A DNA stretch of 64,000 nt from Flavobacteriales bacterium (GTDB lineage: Bacteria > Bacteroidota > Bacteroidia > Flavobacteriales_D > CAJJDF01). The position numbers and the translations under genes were made by a program. Shown here one piece after another: positions 58,886-64,000 of the stretch. Where the stretch lies: positions 11,745 to 75,744 of the forward strand of contig CBFHHA010000006.1 in NCBI GenBank assembly GCA_965655625.1, in the 5' to 3' direction. Below the pieces are notes generated by a model. That model searched no databases. It was not told the origin of the DNA and saw only the letters and a list, made by a program, of their open reading frames with translations. Numbering within the stretch: position 1 is the stretch's first letter; each line of letters opens with the position of its first letter.

Positions 58886-60828
58886 AATAGGTTATTATTC
58901 GCTATTGACGCTTCCACAGCTACACCTACCATTTTTTCAACTTCAGTTAAAATAGAATTGGCATCAAAACCACATTCTTTGTACAATTCTGCTTGAGTTC
59001 CGTGTTCGATATACCTATCTGGAATTCCCAATCTTTTTACCTGAGCTTGGTACCCATTTTCCGACATAAACTCTAATACAGCTGAGCCTAAACCTCCCAA
59101 AATAGTTCCATCCTCTACCGTAATTACTTTATCAAATTTAGTAAATACTTCGTGCAGAATAGTTTCGTCCATCGGTTTCAAAAATCTCATGTCGTAATGT
59201 GCCACACTAATTCCTTTTTCTGCAAATTGTTTTTCTATTTTCGCCATAAATGTTCCGGTTATTCCTATAGTCAAAATGGCGATATCAGTTCCATTTTTTA
59301 ATTTACGACCTTGGCCAATAGTCAGTTTTTGCATTGGCTTTTTCCAATCAGGGGTAATGCCTTTTCCTCTTGGATAACGAATAGAAAAAGGCCCATTCTG
59401 ATCTGCCTGAGCAGTATACATTAGATTTCTTAATTCCAATTCATCCATCGGTGCAGAAACGATCATGTTAGGAATTGATCGCATATAAGCCAAATCGTAG
59501 GCTCCATGGTGAGTTGGACCATCGGCACCAACCAAACCTCCTCTATCCAAACAAAATACGACATTCAAGTTTTGAATTGCCACATCATGCAACACTTGAT
59601 CGTAAGCTCTTTGCATAAATGAGGAATATATATTACAAAATGGAATCATTCCTTGAGTAGCTAATCCCGCAGAAAAAGTCACCGCATGTTGTTCAGCAAT
59701 ACCTACATCAAAGGCTCTATCTGGCATTGCCTTCATCATGATGTTCAGCGAACAACCAGTTGGCATTGCAGGAGTTACACCCGTAATTTTATCATTCTTT
59801 TCCGCCAATTCCACAATTGTGTGCCCAAATACATCTTGAAACTTTGGAGCATCAGTAGATTTAGGCAAAACCTTGACTATTTCTCCCGTTTCTTTGTTGA
59901 ATATTCCTGGCGCATGCCAAACAGTGGTATCGCCCTCCTCAGCTGGTTTAAAACCTTTTCCTTTTTCTGTCAAGCAATGAACAATTTTCGGGCCGGGCAA
60001 GTGTTTAATTTCATTAAACAACTTAACCATCGCCTGAACATCGTGACCATCCACTGGCCCAAAATATCGGAAATTCAATGACTCGAAGTAATTACTTTTT
60101 TGATAAATACTTCCTTTCAAAGCATCGCTCACTTTATGAACGATTTGTTGGGCACTTGCCCCAAATGAACTTAATTTACCCAATAAATTCCAAACTTCAT
60201 CCTTCACCTTATTGTACGGCTGTGAAGCCGATAAATCTCTTAAATATTCTTTTAAGGCACCAACATTAGGGTCAATGGACATGCAATTATCATTCAACAC
60301 AACAATCATATTTGAGTCCTCAATTCCTCCATGATTTAGACCTTCAAAAGCCAAACCAGCAGTCATTGCTCCATCTCCAATCACAGCGATGTGCTGTCTT
60401 TCCTTTTCTCCTTTTATTTGACTTGCAACAGCCATTCCAAGAGCCGCTGAGATAGAAGTAGACGAGTGACCTACACCAAATGTGTCGTACTCACTTTCAC
60501 TTCTTTTTGGAAAGCCACTTATTCCTTTGTAAATTCTATTGGTGTCAAAGACATCTTTTCTACCCGTTATGATTTTGTGTCCATAAGCCTGGTGACCCAC
60601 ATCCCAAACCAATTGATCATAAGGAGTATTGAATACATAATGAATTGCAGAGGTAAGTTCAACCACACCCAAACTTGCACCAAAATGCCCTCCTTTTTCA
60701 GAAACCACATCTACAATAAACTGCCTCAATTCTTTGCAGAATTGAGGCAATTGTTCTGGCATCACCATTTTTTTTAAGTCCTCAGGACTATTAATTTTTG
60801 AGAGTAATTCTCCTGCTTGAAAAGGCAT
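58882..60828 (-). CDS. dxs: 1-deoxy-D-xylulose-5-phosphate synthase
   Basis: GGHFGASLG, WDVGHQAY, GDGAMTAG..LNDN, DVGIAEQHA, DGPTHHG. Confidence 0.97.
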   Translation of the reverse strand: MPFQAGELLSKINSPEDLKKMVMPEQLPQFCKELRQFIVDVVSEKGGHFGASLGVVELTSAIHYVFNTPYDQLVWDVGHQAYGHKIITGRKDVFDTNRIYKGISGFPKRSESEYDTFGVGHSSTSISAALGMAVASQIKGEKERQHIAVIGDGAMTAGLAFEGLNHGGIEDSNMIVVLNDNCMSIDPNVGALKEYLRDLSASQPYNKVKDEVWNLLGKLSSFGASAQQIVHKVSDALKGSIYQKSNYFESLNFRYFGPVDGHDVQAMVKLFNEIKHLPGPKIVHCLTEKGKGFKPAEEGDTTVWHAPGIFNKETGEIVKVLPKSTDAPKFQDVFGHTIVELAEKNDKITGVTPAMPTGCSLNIMMKAMPDRAFDVGIAEQHAVTFSAGLATQGMIPFCNIYSSFMQRAYDQVLHDVAIQNLNVVFCLDRGGLVGADGPTHHGAYDLAYMRSIPNMIVSAPMDELELRNLMYTAQADQNGPFSIRYPRGKGITPDWKKPMQKLTIGQGRKLKNGTDIAILTIGITGTFMAKIEKQFAEKGISVAHYDMRFLKPMDETILHEVFTKFDKVITVEDGTILGGLGSAVLEFMSENGYQAQVKRLGIPDRYIEHGTQAELYKECGFDANSILTEVEKMVGVAVEASIANNNLF

Positions 60829-60919
60829 AAGCGTTTAGTTTTCTTTGAGAAACTAAAGATAGATGAAATTATTGTAAAAATCTATTTTGTTTAACAAATT
60901 TTAAAAATAGATAAACAGT

Positions 60920-61210
60920 TTAGATTTTAATAGATACAATGCGTTGGATTGGGATAAATACCCCTTTTTTGAGTACGATATGATCTTCTCCCACAGCCCA
61001 AATCGTTGTATTCACTTCTTTCAATCCCTCCGAATCTTGGAAGATAATTTCAATTTTATTATGAAATAGATTTCCCAATTTTTCGGCATCTTGCAACTTT
61101 TTCAATAAAGTTTTTTGTTCTTCTGCCGATCTAAACTTGATTGGTTTTGAGGGAAACACTAAATTTTCCACCTCTTCTTTTTCAATCAATTTTGCTGCTA
61201 AATTTTCCAT
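60920..61210 (-). CDS. Conserved hypothetical protein
   Basis: IEKEEV..L.F...LGN.FHNKI.I.F...V.TTIWAV...LK.G.FIP; ATG 61210 lies directly after the tilS stop. Confidence 0.7.
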   Translation of the reverse strand: MENLAAKLIEKEEVENLVFPSKPIKFRSAEEQKTLLKKLQDAEKLGNLFHNKIEIIFQDSEGLKEVNTTIWAVGEDHIVLKKGVFIPIQRIVSIKI

Positions 61211-61211
61211 G

Positions 61212-62546
61212 TTAATTTGAATCAAAGGTTATTTTTAAAACTGTTTTGGTTGATTGAGTTAGTTTAAATGAGTCGTCCACTCGGTGACCTACCAACCAGC
61301 AAATTCTATCGCCTGACAGTAGCACCCATGTTTTTTCCTTTTCTATTTTTGATACTTTTTCATCTATCAAAAAATCACTTACTTTTTTCTTCCCAAACAT
61401 TCCCAATGGCTGAAACTTATCTCCTTCTTTCCACTTTCTTAACTCCAATGGATACGTCAATTTATCCGCATCTAAAAAAGCAAATTTCGAATCGGTCAGT
61501 AAGTCAAAATCTCCCTTAGGAAATTGGTTAAACGTTAATTTTACACCAAAAGTTACAACTTTATTTTGATTATTGATAGTTATGATTTCATTTTTCTGCT
61601 CTTCGATTCTTTGAACAAAAATGAGTGTCCGGTCAATTAAAAGGCGATGAGTTTGAGAGAAGAACTCTTTTCCAACGTAATGGTTTTTTGTGAGCGCTAC
61701 CAGAATATCATTGGCTTGGGCACGATCAAACCCAAAAGACTTTGTTGCCTCAAACAATACCAAAGAGGGATTGTGATACACCAACAATTCCTTCCAGCGA
61801 ATGGACAATCCTTTGTCATCGGCCTCAGAAACTGAAGCAATCATGGTGTCCATCGATATTTTGTAAAACTCAAAAGCCTCGTTGAAATGAGACAAATTAT
61901 TTTTCATGGTACCCACAAAACCTGGATTAATTTCTTCCAAGATTGGCAACACCTCGTTCCGCATTTTGTTTCGCTTGTAATCATTGGAGCTATTACTTTT
62001 ATCTTCGCGATACAAAACCTGGTTGACTTTAGCGTACTTCCTTAATTCCGATTTCGAAGTATTTATTAATGGGCGAAACAAGTCATTACTTATCATCGGG
62101 ATTCCTTTAATCCCTTCGATACCTGTTCCCCTAGCTATATTTAACAAAGCCGTTTCAATTGAATCATTTAAATGATGGCCGGTTACTAAAAAATCACAAG
62201 GGTGCAACGCCATTAATTCTTGAAACCAAGAGTAGCGCAAGTCTCTGGCGGCCATTTGTGTAGAAACTCCTGCGGTTTTTTTATACTGATCAAGGGCAAT
62301 TTGTTTCACAAAACATTTTATCCCTTTGACTTCACAAATACTTGTTACAAGTTCTTGATCTCGATCAGAGTCCTGTCCTCTCAAGCCAAAATTACAGTGA
62401 GCCACAACAAAATTTAGTCGAGCTGAATGAAAGATATCCAATAAGACCATAGAGTCAACCCCTCCGCTCACTGCCAGAATAAACTTAGAGTTTTTGGAGA
62501 CATTTAATTCTTTCAGGTTATGTTGTAATTCTTCTTTCATATTCAT
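61212..62546 (-). CDS. tilS: tRNA(Ile)-lysidine synthase
   Basis: AVSGGVDS PP-loop, HCNFGLRG, ARDLRY, GHHLNDSIET, RNKMR. Confidence 0.96.
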   Translation of the reverse strand: MNMKEELQHNLKELNVSKNSKFILAVSGGVDSMVLLDIFHSARLNFVVAHCNFGLRGQDSDRDQELVTSICEVKGIKCFVKQIALDQYKKTAGVSTQMAARDLRYSWFQELMALHPCDFLVTGHHLNDSIETALLNIARGTGIEGIKGIPMISNDLFRPLINTSKSELRKYAKVNQVLYREDKSNSSNDYKRNKMRNEVLPILEEINPGFVGTMKNNLSHFNEAFEFYKISMDTMIASVSEADDKGLSIRWKELLVYHNPSLVLFEATKSFGFDRAQANDILVALTKNHYVGKEFFSQTHRLLIDRTLIFVQRIEEQKNEIITINNQNKVVTFGVKLTFNQFPKGDFDLLTDSKFAFLDADKLTYPLELRKWKEGDKFQPLGMFGKKKVSDFLIDEKVSKIEKEKTWVLLSGDRICWLVGHRVDDSFKLTQSTKTVLKITFDSN

Positions 62547-62574
62547 AAAAAAACCATCTCAATATTTGAGATGG
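62547..62574 (-). terminator. Intrinsic terminator after the YceI-like gene
   Basis: CCATCTCAA/TTGAGATGG stem plus 7-nt U-tract on the minus strand. Confidence 0.7.
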
Positions 62575-62600
62575 CTCTATTAATTTAATTGAATATCCCT

Positions 62601-63215
62601 TTATTTTTTCAAAATGGCCACAGAAGCTTTTATGTCTACTTCGCTCCATGTTTTGCTCACTCCATCTTTTCCTTTGTGCAAATCGTAGCAAGCCACATTT
62701 AAGGAATCCATCGCTTCTTGTCCGTTCCAGTTTAATACATCCATTTTGGCTGTGATAAAAATAGAGTCATTCTTTAGAGAATACTCATAAGGCAATTCTG
62801 TAGATGTTCCGTTCATTTCTAAATCCAACTTACCTTCTCCATTTTCTCCTTGATGAAAAGTTCCTTTAATGAATTCGGTATTATCCATTACTCCAAAGAA
62901 CAGGTTCACCAATTTCCAATCTCTGTCTTTGTTACCTGTAAATAAACTTGATACCGGCACAGCAAAAGACACTCCATTGAGCGCTCCTTCTTTTGACTCA
63001 GCTAATTGGTAATCCTTGATGTTAATTTTACCAAACTCACCTCCCACTCCAACTTTTTCTGTTGTTTTATACGCAACCCATTTTAGGCTAACCGTCTCTG
63101 TGTCTATTTGGTACATAGCTGACTCATCCACTACAGCCACTTCCGTTTTTGTTGATTCTCCACAAGAGAAAAGGGTAATTCCTGCTAATACTAGTCCTAT
63201 CGTAAATACTCTCAT
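62601..63215 (-). CDS. YceI-like lipoprotein
   Basis: Lipobox LFSC; LKWVAYKTT..GVGGEF, NKDRD.KL..FF, KTWSEV. Confidence 0.75.
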   Translation of the reverse strand: MRVFTIGLVLAGITLFSCGESTKTEVAVVDESAMYQIDTETVSLKWVAYKTTEKVGVGGEFGKINIKDYQLAESKEGALNGVSFAVPVSSLFTGNKDRDWKLVNLFFGVMDNTEFIKGTFHQGENGEGKLDLEMNGTSTELPYEYSLKNDSIFITAKMDVLNWNGQEAMDSLNVACYDLHKGKDGVSKTWSEVDIKASVAILKK

Positions 63216-63238
63216 TATTCTATATTTTATGTTATCAA

Positions 63239-63739
63239 TTATTCAAATTCTATAAGAATCGCGTTCTTATCTACCGTTTTTGACTTTTCTGTCTTTATGG
63301 ACTTTATCACTCCGTCAATCGGAGATTTTAATACATTCTCCATTTTCATCGCTTCCAAAATCAACACGGAATCACCTGCTTTCACTTCTTGTCCCGGCTC
63401 TACCTGAATTGAAACGACTAATCCAGGCATTGGTGCCTTGATTTCTTTCACCACTTTGGTAGTCATATTACTCAGCCCGAGTTCTTTTAGTAGGATATCG
63501 TACTTATCTTTTAGGCTTACTTGATACGTGTTGTTGTTCACTTTAAGCGTTACTATTTTTTTCTCGTCATCATACCCCACAGTTTCGATCGTGTAAGAAA
63601 CGTTATCTATTAGCGCATGCTTTTTATTTTCCGAAACCTCAATCACATCAAGCTTCTTGTTTTCTGAATTAACCGTCACTTCGGAAGGAGAAATTACTTC
63701 TAAGTCGAATTCCTTTTGATTTATTGTTGCCTTAATCAC
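63239..63739 (-). CDS. Biotin carboxyl carrier protein
   Basis: IKAPMPG...LEAMKMEN biotinylation motif. Confidence 0.93.
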   Translation of the reverse strand: MIKATINQKEFDLEVISPSEVTVNSENKKLDVIEVSENKKHALIDNVSYTIETVGYDDEKKIVTLKVNNNTYQVSLKDKYDILLKELGLSNMTTKVVKEIKAPMPGLVVSIQVEPGQEVKAGDSVLILEAMKMENVLKSPIDGVIKSIKTEKSKTVDKNAILIEFE

Positions 63740-63868
63740 TCGTTACAAATTTCAGTAAAGATAGTTATTTTCTATTAAAATATGTGTTAATTTGAATCTT
63801 GAAACGAGAGAATATATAGAAGATATCTCTGTTTTTTTTAGACACAAAATCCAATTCACCTGATTATT

Positions 63869-64000
63869 TTGCAACTTTTTCAGTATTTCTTAATTCTTTT
63901 ACTTTACCTGGCTGTTTTTCCTACGAGCGGTCTTTGCCAATCAGATTCCCAACAGGTATTGGAAGAATTTCTATGGAGTGAATGTTTCGATTCTAACAAA
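63869..64000 (+). CDS. Possible 5' fragment of a secreted protein running off the window
   Basis: Open frame from TTG: MQLFQYFLILLLYLAVFPTSGLCQSDSQQ..., signal-peptide-like. Confidence 0.4.
   Translation, partial: MQLFQYFLILLLYLAVFPTSGLCQSDSQQVLEEFLWSECFDSNK

Noticed and set aside
30554-62546. tRNA-Ile2 and its modifying enzyme tilS in the same window
   Set aside because: They are over 30 kb apart with unrelated genes between, so there is no evidence of linkage

Overview
AT-rich, gene-dense chromosomal segment of a Bacteroidota bacterium, probably a non-Flavobacteriaceae Flavobacteriales. The evidence is T9SS cargo proteins, PorP/SprF genes, TAnnTTTG promoters and MEP-pathway dxs/dxr. Most genes are housekeeping or envelope genes: pdxJ, a UDP-sugar (wbpA/B/D/E-like, ugd, uxs) operon, mnmD, lpdA, dprA, tRNA-Ile2(CAU), thyA, exbB-exbD-tonB-folC, LytS/LytTR, ctaA, PTPS-folE, dxr-rseP, dxs, tilS and three TonB-dependent receptors. 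I saw no integrase, transposase, CRISPR array or rRNA. The best candidate for an undescribed system is a three-gene exported cassette at 49422-53896, between a GH3-family gene and dxr. It encodes a fibre-like protein with a chaperone/coiled-coil-like tail, a surface lipoprotein, and an 891-aa T9SS cargo with an unassigned, possibly membrane-inserting core. Other notable items are a T9SS BNR-propeller cargo translationally coupled inside the wbp sugar operon, a 25-aa-repeat protein, a duplicated tRNA 3' end, a REP-like palindrome and an unannotated 31-aa membrane ORF. All family assignments come from motif recognition by eye; no searches were run.
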